From contig JBPOHQ010000004.1 in NCBI GenBank assembly GCA_052035405.1, positions 70,687 through 134,686 of the forward strand: a DNA stretch of 64,000 nucleotides. The letters are read 5' to 3'. How positions within the stretch are numbered: the first letter of the stretch is position 1; each line of letters starts with the position of its first letter. This DNA is from Candidatus Nomurabacteria bacterium (GTDB lineage: Bacteria > Patescibacteriota > Minisyncoccia > Phycocordibacterales > UBA9973). The position numbers were made by a program, and so were the translations under genes. This document shows, in pieces, positions 39,410 to 48,312 of the stretch. The notes below the pieces were generated by a model. The model searched no databases. It was not told the origin of the DNA and saw only the letters and a list, made by a program, of their open reading frames with translations.

Positions 39410-40303
39410 CTATGTTTTGATAATTGTACCAATAAATGAACTTTCTGTATCGAATGATTTGTGAGTATATTGAGCGAGTTCAGACTCAAGTGATTCCTTG
39501 GTGTATCGTAATGACTGAAACACAATCAATTTGTCACCCGACGTAATACCAATGCTTTCTAGTGCTGAATTGGTATTAATCACTAAACATGACACTCGAA
39601 ATCCGTCGTCTGCAATTCTTGGTGAGATATCAGTGAATGGATCAAGTCCGATAAGTCGAACCTTGTCATCTACTAGTCGAACAGCATCTTCTTGATAAAC
39701 TTTTTGCAATTCAACCATATCTACACGATCACGCATCTGCGCATTTATAAACACAAAACCGTTTGTTCCCACAATGTCAGTAAGAAGCTTTAATATTTCT
39801 TGTGGTGCGTAATTTGAAAACGTAAGACCAAGAGAAACAAACCGAGGAACTGTGGATTCTCCAAGAACCTCAGGTAATTCTTCAAATGAGGCTTTCACTT
39901 TTCGTACAGGAATCCCTTGTGGTGTTGCGTGTGAATCTGCCATTTCAAGAAAGTGATCACTGATATCTACAGGAACATATATAAAAGATTTACCTTGTTT
40001 TTTAAGTTCATCAAACAGGAACTGCTCCTTGTGTTCTGTGCCTGGACCAAGATCAATGTATTCAAAATTATTTGGGAGTATATCTGCAATATTTTTTGCA
40101 ATTAGTTGTAGATATTCATGTTCTGGTTTTGTGACTAGTTTGAAATACGAAGTATCTTCTTCTTGTAACTGTTCGTAAACTGCATCGCCCGAACCAATGT
40201 AAATAAGAAGGGAATCCGAAAAATCCCAAATCCCATTATCTAGTTTCTTGAGAGATTTGAAGGCTCGATCCTTAAACCATTCTTGGTTGTATTTTCCATC
40301 CAT
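39410..40303 (-). CDS. EgtD-like SAM-dependent methyltransferase (Methyltransf_33)
   Basis: YIDLGPG...K, YVPVDIS, LGLTFSNY. Confidence 0.8.
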   Translation of the reverse strand: MDGKYNQEWFKDRAFKSLKKLDNGIWDFSDSLLIYIGSGDAVYEQLQEEDTSYFKLVTKPEHEYLQLIAKNIADILPNNFEYIDLGPGTEHKEQFLFDELKKQGKSFIYVPVDISDHFLEMADSHATPQGIPVRKVKASFEELPEVLGESTVPRFVSLGLTFSNYAPQEILKLLTDIVGTNGFVFINAQMRDRVDMVELQKVYQEDAVRLVDDKVRLIGLDPFTDISPRIADDGFRVSCLVINTNSALESIGITSGDKLIVFQSLRYTKESLESELAQYTHKSFDTESSFIGTIIKT

Positions 40304-40317
40304 GTCTCAATTGTATC

Positions 40318-40349
40318 ACAAAAACAGCTCCCTTCGGAGCTGTTTTTGT
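40318..40349. terminator. Perfect hairpin at start of unit C
   Basis: ACAAAAACAGCTCC-CTTC-GGAGCTGTTTTTGT. Confidence 0.7.
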
Positions 40350-40352
40350 ATG

Positions 40353-40464
40353 CTTCTCGTGCTAGCCCGAAATGGTGAGCGTTCAGCAGATAGAACCTTT
40401 TGATTCATTGCCCAGTAAGGTCATTTACTACTTTTCATGATATCAGAACGACCCTTATTGTGCG
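40353..40464 (-). repeat. Right-end element copy 3 fused to left motif of next unit
   Basis: CGCACAATAAGGGTCG-N52-GTTCTATCTGCTGAACGCTCACC-ATTTCGGGCT-AGCACGAGAAG. Confidence 0.9.
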
Positions 40465-40478
40465 ACCTAGTAAAAAAG

Positions 40479-41444
40479 CTACGAAATTTCTTTTGCATGC
40501 TTCAGATATTCTAGGAAGGCAATCTTCATCTCCTTATTACTACCACTCTTGTTTATATCCGAACGGCTTCCTGACATAATTGTATTCACATCAGGCAGGT
40601 TCCAGGCTGTCTGGTCACTCAATATCCACCTATCATGGGTATCTCTAATAAGAGTGCTGTCGATTTTGAGCCATTCTAAACTAATACCCTTACTAGATAG
40701 CTCTTTTTTTAGATCCCGGTACTCCTTCAAGACCTTTGGAGTTATATGAACATCAAGCCCTAAGGAAAGAATTTTAATATCTTTGATTTTATTCGCATCA
40801 GCAGTCTCCCATATGTATTCAAGGCCAGCAGAAGTGAAATGCTTATCGAGCCAATAGATATTACCTTTACAGCCTGACAATACCCGTTTAAGCCACATCT
40901 TATTTCCATACGGACGTGTTGGATCAATAAATATACTTGATGGTATCTCCGTTTCTTCTGCTGTCTGATTGAAGAGAACTTGAATTGTCTTGAATTTCTT
41001 TGAATATGTAATCAAGCCGACCGAGTTCATCATCAACAGAAGATTTGTAAGAGGACTCTCATCCATATAACACCAGAAACCCCTACTCTTCAAAATCGAC
41101 AAGGCGTTCTCTTTTTTTGGATTTTTTACTCCGTAAAGCAACTGAAGTATTGCTTCACATGGAGGAAATTGGAGTAACCCTTTCTTGAGTGCTTCGTTAG
41201 CCCTATCTACCTCAGAACGAATATACCTACCGTGATAATAAGAAGTTCCAAGTTCAGTAAGACTGTCTGAGGTAATCTCCATAAATCCTAGTGACCTTAG
41301 AAAATCAATGTCATCGTTGGATCCATCGGAATCTTCATCTTCAGCAATCGCCTTCAATATTTTTTCGTAAGAACTCCAAGTTCTCTGAGGAAGAAGATGC
41401 TCTTCGTTGTTATTCTCCTGTAGATTCTGTGTCTCCATTTTCAT
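40479..41444 (-). CDS. Winged-helix plus PLD-like nuclease domain protein (start uncertain, 41438-41516)
   Basis: FLRSLGF..LTELG wHTH-like N-part; C-part WLDKHF and HDRWILSD (HDRF-type PLD variant). Confidence 0.6.
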   Translation of the reverse strand: MKMETQNLQENNNEEHLLPQRTWSSYEKILKAIAEDEDSDGSNDDIDFLRSLGFMEITSDSLTELGTSYYHGRYIRSEVDRANEALKKGLLQFPPCEAILQLLYGVKNPKKENALSILKSRGFWCYMDESPLTNLLLMMNSVGLITYSKKFKTIQVLFNQTAEETEIPSSIFIDPTRPYGNKMWLKRVLSGCKGNIYWLDKHFTSAGLEYIWETADANKIKDIKILSLGLDVHITPKVLKEYRDLKKELSSKGISLEWLKIDSTLIRDTHDRWILSDQTAWNLPDVNTIMSGSRSDINKSGSNKEMKIAFLEYLKHAKEIS

Positions 41445-42141
41445 TTGAACCATTGGTTTTAGAGTACTTGTCACTGAACCCCGTAACGGAAGAAATAAGT
41501 GCCTTGTAGTCATCAAGAAGACCTATATTCGTAAGAATATCTTTTGGAAGAATCAAACTGATACCACTTTTCCCAAATGGGATTACGGTGTGTTCTGAGT
41601 CTGTCGCAATAGTAGTTTTAGAACCTGGTCTGGTAATCTGCGCTTTTGCAACTGGCTTTCTTGTGGGTGTATTTGATGGAATTCTTGGAGTCTTTATCTG
41701 AGCGGAAACCTCTCGAAGACCTGCTTGTTCACAAAGATACACAAATGCTGGTACGGCACCCGTAGCAACTCGTGAACTTATCTTGTATACATGCATGAAA
41801 TCGTTATGCAGTTCATCCTTGCCCATGGTACATGCCTCAGGAACAACTTTGAGGAGGGCCTCATATGAGGTTTTTACCATCTCAACAAGTGCCTGTGCTT
41901 TTGCATCACCCTTATATCCCATTTTTGCCATCAAGGATGTACTATTGGAGTCGGCATCTATCAATCCAAGGAATCTCAAGGAGGCAACAGCCAAATTTGC
42001 ATCACTGCTGGAGAATGAGTGGGTAAGGAAATAATCAGGATTCAATGATGTCATACTTCTTGCACTTATCAGAGAAAGTACTTTCTCGAGTCTAGTAGCA
42101 CTCAAATACGCTGGTGACAATGGTCTTTTTTCTTCAGTCAT
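41410..42141 (-). CDS. DUF5343-like protein
   Basis: PAY N-terminus, ASLRFLGLID, F..LCEQAG pattern. Confidence 0.6.
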   Translation of the reverse strand: MTEEKRPLSPAYLSATRLEKVLSLISARSMTSLNPDYFLTHSFSSSDANLAVASLRFLGLIDADSNSTSLMAKMGYKGDAKAQALVEMVKTSYEALLKVVPEACTMGKDELHNDFMHVYKISSRVATGAVPAFVYLCEQAGLREVSAQIKTPRIPSNTPTRKPVAKAQITRPGSKTTIATDSEHTVIPFGKSGISLILPKDILTNIGLLDDYKALISSVTGFSDKYSKTNGSNENGDTESTGE

Positions 42142-42374
42142 AGTTTTATGTGAATTAATTTATAATGATATTATAAATCTATCATACCCATACAACTAAA
42201 TCAAGTTTTTATTAAAATAATAAAAGCCTTGTAGATAAGCATTTTTAGTGAGAAAATTTTTTATAATATAAAATTATCACTCAGTCAATATATAAATAAT
42301 GTCCATTAAACTCTAAATCCCATCTACTTGAAGCGTGTACTCAAATTAATTATAATATCCATTTTATTTAAACA

Positions 42375-42398
42375 CTCGTGCGAGCTGTTGATGGTGAG
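42375..42398 (-). repeat. Cassette left-end motif
   Basis: CTCACC-ATCAACAGCT-CGCACGAG, near-identical to 17765-17788. Confidence 0.8.
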
Positions 42399-42538
42399 CC
42401 ACAATAATTTGTTCGCCGTCGCTCACAAATTTTCCAGCCCCGGACTCAGCTGTTTTTCTTACTAGAAAAACATGCTTCCGTCTTCACAAAAACGCAAAAA
42501 GACTGGAGCAGTCCAGTCTTTTCTTTATAAGCGTTTTT
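42394..42538 (-). repeat. Three-hairpin element inserted at tRNA-Glu(UUC) 3' end
   Basis: TCAC direct repeats at 42394-42397 and 42539-42542; AGTA and GACG loops. Confidence 0.7.
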
Positions 42539-42539
42539 G

Positions 42540-42611
42540 TGACCCTACAGAGAATCGAACTCTGATTACCGCCTTGAAAAGGCGATGTCCTAACCGTTAG
42601 ACGATAGGGCC
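42540..42611 (-). tRNA. tRNA-Glu(UUC)
   Basis: GGCCCTA...TAGGGTC-A cloverleaf, anticodon loop TT-TTC-AA. Confidence 0.95.
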
Positions 42612-42758
42612 ATATGGGACATAATATAATATTTATGTTCTAATTGCAAAGGGTTTGATCTACAATATAACATTTTAACGTTTGCCTTTATATAAATAAA
42701 AAAGTAGGATACAAAAGAACAAAACCGAGCCTAGCGGTAAAACTAAGCATGATACAGT

Positions 42759-43289
42759 ATGAGACAGCTCTTTTTTATAGTCCTATTACTTGGGACTTCT
42801 AGATCATCACTCGCACAGCTGTCCCTAGAACAGATTGTGCACAACTACGAGACAGTACATGATACAATTCTTCCAGTATGTTTTTTGGAAAAAATTACAG
42901 GAATCTATAATTTTGTCGGAAGCCCTAAGATAGGCATAGACAGCAAAGGGTCAAGATTTTTCCCTGGAAAAATCTTCATTAGAGATAGTTCTGCTGTTTT
43001 TTCTCTTATAGAAGAAATGGCCCATGCATATCAATGGGAACAAAAAGGTGGTAAATTCAGAATGACTATAGCCCTAACAGGCTTGTCATTTAAAGCACTC
43101 TGGCGTACGGTCTTTTCTAAAAAACCAAAAAATTCTCGGAGTAAAAGAGGTACCGTTTGGCAACACTACACTGCATTCGCATACGAACCTATGCGAAGAA
43201 ATTTCTGGGCCTATGAATTTGAGGCTCATCATGTGATCTCTCCAGACATGCTTCAATATTTAAGTGAACCATGCGAGACAAAAAAATAA
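42759..43289 (+). CDS. Secreted zincin-like protein (EExxH variant)
   Basis: Signal peptide SLA-Q; EEMAHAYQ and YEFEAH. Confidence 0.55.
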   Translation: MRQLFFIVLLLGTSRSSLAQLSLEQIVHNYETVHDTILPVCFLEKITGIYNFVGSPKIGIDSKGSRFFPGKIFIRDSSAVFSLIEEMAHAYQWEQKGGKFRMTIALTGLSFKALWRTVFSKKPKNSRSKRGTVWQHYTAFAYEPMRRNFWAYEFEAHHVISPDMLQYLSEPCETKK

Positions 43290-43307
43290 TTATTTTATAA
43301 AAAGTAA

Positions 43308-43339
43308 ACGCTTCTCTGCACAAAAATGCAGAGAAGCGT
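43308..43339. terminator. Bidirectional terminator
   Basis: ACGCTTCTCTGCA/TGCAGAGAAGCGT stem. Confidence 0.75.
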
Positions 43340-43364
43340 ATTTTATTTATTTAATTTTAATAAC

Positions 43365-43925
43365 TTATTTTATCATTTCTACTAATGCCTCATAAGCTTC
43401 TGGGAGCTCGATAATACCCGCAGACCCGTTCAAGTGCCCACCGTTTGGGATTACAATAAGTTTTCCATTTGTCTCTCGTGCTATTTCTTCTCCGTCTGAA
43501 AGTGCCACATAAGGGTCATTGTCTCCATGTATCACAACTACATTTTTTATATTTTCTTTTATCTTTTCAAAGTCCGGTTCAACATTAAGAAAATTTAGAA
43601 TCTTTTCATTCTTTGTCTTATGACAAGGAGCAGAGACAAATATAGCACCCTTAATATTTTCATCATGATATCTTTCAAAATAACGAAGTAGTGTGGTTCC
43701 CCCTAAACTATGCCCTAATAAATATATTTCGTCATTTTTATTTCTATCTACTAGTCTTTTTATCTCTTCTAGCCACTCTTCGAGGATAGGCTCGCCAGGA
43801 GTTGGCATAGACAGTGAGCAAGCGTAGACATCAATCTTCCCTAGATCTGCCATGAGTTTTGTTCTCCATGCACCATTTGGAACACCTTCAAAACCATGTA
43901 TCAAGAATACTTTTTTATTTTCCAT
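43365..43925 (-). CDS. RBBP9/YdeN-family alpha/beta hydrolase
   Basis: IHGF, GHSLG, DNDPYV, GGH. Confidence 0.92.
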   Translation of the reverse strand: MENKKVFLIHGFEGVPNGAWRTKLMADLGKIDVYACSLSMPTPGEPILEEWLEEIKRLVDRNKNDEIYLLGHSLGGTTLLRYFERYHDENIKGAIFVSAPCHKTKNEKILNFLNVEPDFEKIKENIKNVVVIHGDNDPYVALSDGEEIARETNGKLIVIPNGGHLNGSAGIIELPEAYEALVEMIK

Positions 43926-44006
43926 ATTTTAATTATAACATTTTCAGCTAAACTTTTAGAAAAATACACAGTTTTCTTTTTTTGTAAAAAGTAGTAAGTT
44001 TATAGT

Positions 44007-44768
44007 ATGGAAAAAGGAATGCACGATGTACAAATTATTATTTTAGCTGCTGGAAAAGGCAAAAGAATGGGAGGAGATGAACCAAAGGCTCTTGCGATGC
44101 TTCGCGAAAAACCTTTTCTAAAACATATCTTAGATACTGTTGAAATGCTCGACTTGCCAATCAAACCTGTTATTGTTATTGGACACAAAAAAGAACGGGT
44201 TAAAGAAGTGGTTGGACCTCATCACACATATGCAATTCAAGAAGAACAACTCGGCACAGGTCATGCTGTCGCGAGTGCAAAAGAAGTATTGCATCCTGAT
44301 TATAAAACACTGCTTGTACTTTCAGCTGATCAACCTCTCGTCTCAAAAGAAACTTTAGAAAACCTCATAAAAAAACACGAGGAAACAAGAGCGACTATCA
44401 CACTGGCTACAGTGGTACTACCTGACTTTGAAGATTGGCGAGAAGGACTTAAAAATTTCGGAAGAATTATTAGAAGCGAAAATGGTACTGTTGAAAAAAT
44501 TATTGAAAACAAAGATGCAACAGAAGAAGAAAAACAAATAAAAGAAGTCAACCCAGCACTATATGCATTCGACGCAGAGTGGCTCTGGAAAAACATTTCA
44601 AATATTAAAAATCAAAATGCACAAGGAGAATATTACCTAACTGACTTAATAAAAATGGCTTTTGAACAAGAGAGAACCGTGGCAGCGGTACCGGTCACAA
44701 ACATTTTAGAAGGATTGCAACCCAACACAAAAGAAGAACTTGAGACATTAGAAAAAATTACTATATAA
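44007..44768 (+). CDS. GlmU-like uridyltransferase domain only
   Basis: LAAGKGKRM, QLGTGHAV, NAQGEYYLTD; no beta-helix acetyltransferase domain. Confidence 0.85.
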   Translation: MEKGMHDVQIIILAAGKGKRMGGDEPKALAMLREKPFLKHILDTVEMLDLPIKPVIVIGHKKERVKEVVGPHHTYAIQEEQLGTGHAVASAKEVLHPDYKTLLVLSADQPLVSKETLENLIKKHEETRATITLATVVLPDFEDWREGLKNFGRIIRSENGTVEKIIENKDATEEEKQIKEVNPALYAFDAEWLWKNISNIKNQNAQGEYYLTDLIKMAFEQERTVAAVPVTNILEGLQPNTKEELETLEKITI

Positions 44769-44775
44769 TAAAGAT

Positions 44776-46002
44776 ATGAATACAAACAATCCATTTGAGA
44801 ATGCAATGATTCAGTTGGACAAGGTTGCAAAGTTGCGTAGTTTTAGCGACGAATTTATTACTCAACTTCGCCAACCAGACAGAGATATTCGAATATCTAT
44901 CCCGGTAAAGATGGATAATGGATCTATCAAAATATTTGAAGGCTACCGTGTACAGTACAACAATACTATGGGGCCGTACAAAGGAGGTATTCGTTTTCAT
45001 CAAGATACAGAAATAAATGAAGTTAAGGCACTCGCCTTTTGGATGACTATAAAATGTGCTGTAGCAGGTATCCCTATGGGTGGAGGAAAAGGCGGCATCA
45101 CAGTAAATCCAAAAGACTTATCTAAAGGTGAACTTGAGAGACTTTCTCGTGGATGGATAGAAAGACTTTCGGATGTTATAGGCCCTAAAAAAGACGTTCC
45201 TGCTCCTGACGTAAACACTACTCCTGAAATTATGATGTGGATGGCTGACGAATTTGAGAAAATTACTGGAGACAAAACTGGTGCGGTTATTACGGGTAAG
45301 CCACTTCTAAATGGCGGAAGCGAAGGAAGAGGCACAGCAACAGCCCAAGGAGGTTTTTATGTTTTTGAAGCTTTGCGAAATGATTTAGGACTTCCCGAGA
45401 AATGTAACGTGGTCATTCAAGGTTTTGGAAATGCTGGAATGCACGCAGCTACTATCTGGAGTAAAGCCGGACACACCATCACAGCTGTATCAGATTCCAA
45501 AGGAGGAACTTGGAATGAAAATGGATTAAACGTAGATGATCTCATCGCTTATAAAAAAGAAAAAGATACCTTAGCCGGATTCCCAGGAGGGACTGACGTA
45601 ACGAATGGAGAAATGTTAGAAGCACATTGTGATCTCCTTATCCCTGCTGCATTTGAAAATCAAATCACCGACACAAACGCATCTAAAATAAAAGCAAAAG
45701 TAGTTCTCGAACTTGCAAATGGTCCGACAACGCCCGCTGCTGACGATATACTCTCTAGTATGGGCATATATGTGATTCCCGATGTACTTGCAAACTCTGG
45801 TGGAGTTACTGTCTCTACTTTTGAATGGGAGCAAAATTTAAAGGGTGAACACTGGAGTGAAAAAGAAGTTTTTGAAAAGCTTCAACCCTTACTAGCCGAT
45901 GCAGCAAAGAAAATATTTACCATTTCGCAAGAATCAAAAACAGACCTCCGTCGCAGTGCATTTATCTTGGCACTTGAAAGAATCCAGGAAAAGATGTTAT
46001 AG
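44776..46002 (+). CDS. gdhA: Glu/Leu/Phe/Val dehydrogenase (glutamate dehydrogenase)
   Basis: KGGIRFH, GGGKGG, DVPAPD, GFGNAG, ANSGGV. Confidence 0.93.
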   Translation: MNTNNPFENAMIQLDKVAKLRSFSDEFITQLRQPDRDIRISIPVKMDNGSIKIFEGYRVQYNNTMGPYKGGIRFHQDTEINEVKALAFWMTIKCAVAGIPMGGGKGGITVNPKDLSKGELERLSRGWIERLSDVIGPKKDVPAPDVNTTPEIMMWMADEFEKITGDKTGAVITGKPLLNGGSEGRGTATAQGGFYVFEALRNDLGLPEKCNVVIQGFGNAGMHAATIWSKAGHTITAVSDSKGGTWNENGLNVDDLIAYKKEKDTLAGFPGGTDVTNGEMLEAHCDLLIPAAFENQITDTNASKIKAKVVLELANGPTTPAADDILSSMGIYVIPDVLANSGGVTVSTFEWEQNLKGEHWSEKEVFEKLQPLLADAAKKIFTISQESKTDLRRSAFILALERIQEKML

Positions 46003-46016
46003 TCAAAAGACTATAC

Positions 46017-46092
46017 GCGCGGTTAGCTCAGTTGGTAGAGCGACCCCTTGACGTGGGGTAGGCCAGGGGTTCGAATCCCTTATCGCGCACCA
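46017..46092 (+). tRNA. tRNA-Val(GAC)
   Basis: Cloverleaf, loop TT-GAC-GT, encoded CCA. Confidence 0.96.
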
Positions 46093-46146
46093 TAAATAAG
46101 CACATATTAACTTTTAAAAAATCATTTAAAATGGTATATTTTTCCT

Positions 46147-48312
46147 ATGGAGATAAATGAAAAATTACTTAAACCGTATAGTCCAAAAGACACAGAAGAC
46201 CGTATTTATAAGGTCTGGGAAGACTCTGGACTTTTTAATCCGGACGTATGTATTGAAAAAGGAGTAACAGATAATAACGCAGAACATTTCTCGATAGTAC
46301 TTCCCCCTCCAAACGTGACCGGCAGTCTCCATACTGGTCATGCTCTTATGCTTGTCATTCAAGATATTATGGTTCGTCATGCTCGCATGCAAGGCAAACG
46401 TACGCTTTGGCTACCCGGTACTGATCACGCTGCAATCGCAACTCAATCAAAAGTAGAGAAAATCTTAGAAAAAGAAGGTGTGCGGAAGAATGACCTAGGA
46501 CGTGAAGAATTTTTAAAACGAGTTGAAAAATTCGCAAGTGATTCTCATGACACGATAGTCAACCAAGCAAAAAAAATGGGAGCGTCCATGGATTGGTCGC
46601 GTGAAGCTTTTACCTTAGACGAAAAAAGAAACCTCGCAGTTCGCACAACATTCAAAAAAATGTATGATGACGGACTCATTTACCGTGGTTATAGAATAGT
46701 AAATTGGGATCCAAAAGGACAAACAGTTATATCAGATGATGAGACATTTTCCGAAGAAAGAAAAAGTAAACTCTATACATTTAAATACGGCAAGAACTTC
46801 CCTATCTCTATATCAACTACTCGACCAGAAACAAAAGTTGGTGATGTAGCGGTAGCAGTACATCCAGAAGATGAAAGATATACTGAGTTTGTGGGTAAAG
46901 AATACGATGAAGTATTTTGCGGAGTGCCTATTCATATAAAAATAATTGCTGATGAACACGTAGAAAAAGATTTTGGTACTGGAGCACTCGGAGTGACCCC
47001 AGCCCACAGTCAGATAGACTGGGAAATGGCACAAAAACATAAACTTCCTGTAATACCAGTTATTAATGAATACGCAAAGATGATGGTCGGAGATGAAAGA
47101 ATTTTGAATAAAAAAACAACTGAAGCTCGAGCTACTATAGTCGAGTGGCTCCAGACTGAAGGGCTAATGGAAAAAGAAGAAGACATTGTACAAAATGTTC
47201 CTACAGCAGAACGGACAGGTGCTGTCATAGAGCCAATACCTAAACTACAATGGTTCATCGACGTAAATAAAAAAATAAAAGACCGAGGAAATAAATCTCT
47301 AAAAGAACTCATGCTTGGACCAGTACGTGAAGGTACTATCAACATCATGCCTGATAGATTTGAAAAAGTGTATTTCAACTGGATTGAGAACCTTCGTGAT
47401 TGGTGTATATCTCGTCAGATATGGTACGGGCATAGAATTCCTGTATGGTACAAAGGTGAAGAAATATATACTGGAGTAATAGCACCAGATGATGAAGGTT
47501 GGGTACAAGATGAAGATACATTAGACACATGGTTCTCTTCTGGACTTTGGACTTTCTCTACTCTTGGTTGGCCCGAACAAACTAAAGACTTAAAAGACTA
47601 CCATCCTACTACAGTCCTCGAAACAGGACACGATCTTATTTTTTTCTGGATTGCTAGAATGATACTTATGTCTCAGTATTTAATTGGTGAAATACCCTTC
47701 GAAACTGTTTACTTCCATGGTATGGTTCGTACAGCTGATGGTAAAAAAATGTCTAAGTCTCTCGGAGAAAAAGCTACTGACCCATTAGACATAATCGCAA
47801 AATACGGTAATGATGCCCTTCGTATGGCGATGATTGTTGGAAACACTCCAGGAAATGATTTAAAACTAGACGAAAACGATATTCGCGGTTACGCAAAATT
47901 TAACAATAAAATCTGGAATGCTTCCAGATTTGCACTAGAACAAACAAAAGATTTAGATTTAAGCAATCTCCCCTCTTTAGACGAAGAAGACAAAAAAGAC
48001 CATGAAGAGCTCCAAAAATTAATTGGAGAAATTTCAAAGGAAATGAATGAATATCGTTTCTCTCTTGTTGCAGAGAAACTTTATCATTACTTCTGGCACA
48101 CATTTGCAGATGTGATTATTGAGCGTTCAAAGAAAAAAATATTAGAAAATAATAATGCAAACTCAGCTAAAGCACTACTCTATACACACCTTATTACTTT
48201 AATCACCTTACTGCACCCATTTGTACCTTTCGTAACAGAAGAAATCTGGTCAATGTTACCTAATAAGAAAAATCTATTATTAATAGAAAAATGGCCTACC
48301 ATAAATGACTAA
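46147..48312 (+). CDS. valS: Valine-tRNA ligase (no C-terminal coiled coil)
   Basis: PPPNVTGSLHTGH, DWCISRQ, KMSKS. Confidence 0.97.
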   Translation: MEINEKLLKPYSPKDTEDRIYKVWEDSGLFNPDVCIEKGVTDNNAEHFSIVLPPPNVTGSLHTGHALMLVIQDIMVRHARMQGKRTLWLPGTDHAAIATQSKVEKILEKEGVRKNDLGREEFLKRVEKFASDSHDTIVNQAKKMGASMDWSREAFTLDEKRNLAVRTTFKKMYDDGLIYRGYRIVNWDPKGQTVISDDETFSEERKSKLYTFKYGKNFPISISTTRPETKVGDVAVAVHPEDERYTEFVGKEYDEVFCGVPIHIKIIADEHVEKDFGTGALGVTPAHSQIDWEMAQKHKLPVIPVINEYAKMMVGDERILNKKTTEARATIVEWLQTEGLMEKEEDIVQNVPTAERTGAVIEPIPKLQWFIDVNKKIKDRGNKSLKELMLGPVREGTINIMPDRFEKVYFNWIENLRDWCISRQIWYGHRIPVWYKGEEIYTGVIAPDDEGWVQDEDTLDTWFSSGLWTFSTLGWPEQTKDLKDYHPTTVLETGHDLIFFWIARMILMSQYLIGEIPFETVYFHGMVRTADGKKMSKSLGEKATDPLDIIAKYGNDALRMAMIVGNTPGNDLKLDENDIRGYAKFNNKIWNASRFALEQTKDLDLSNLPSLDEEDKKDHEELQKLIGEISKEMNEYRFSLVAEKLYHYFWHTFADVIIERSKKKILENNNANSAKALLYTHLITLITLLHPFVPFVTEEIWSMLPNKKNLLLIEKWPTIND

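Larger units (their letters stand above)
39292..42398 (-). mobile_element. Tandem array of two mini integrative units (C: 39292-40375; B: 40374-42398) behind tRNA-Glu(UUC)
   Basis: Left motif / cargo / right element repeated twice; no integrase inside. Confidence 0.7.

Noticed and set aside
16961-40464. The 93-bp repeats as a CRISPR array
   Set aside because: Copies are separated by whole genes or 22 kb, and no cas genes are present
39292-40464. Classical integron attC sites
   Set aside because: No RYYYAAC/GTTRRRY ends, no end-to-end palindrome, no intI in the window
41445-41516. Extended N-terminus of the PLD-like ORF
   Set aside because: It would overlap the upstream gene by 107 bp; downstream ATGs near 41438-41453 are more plausible
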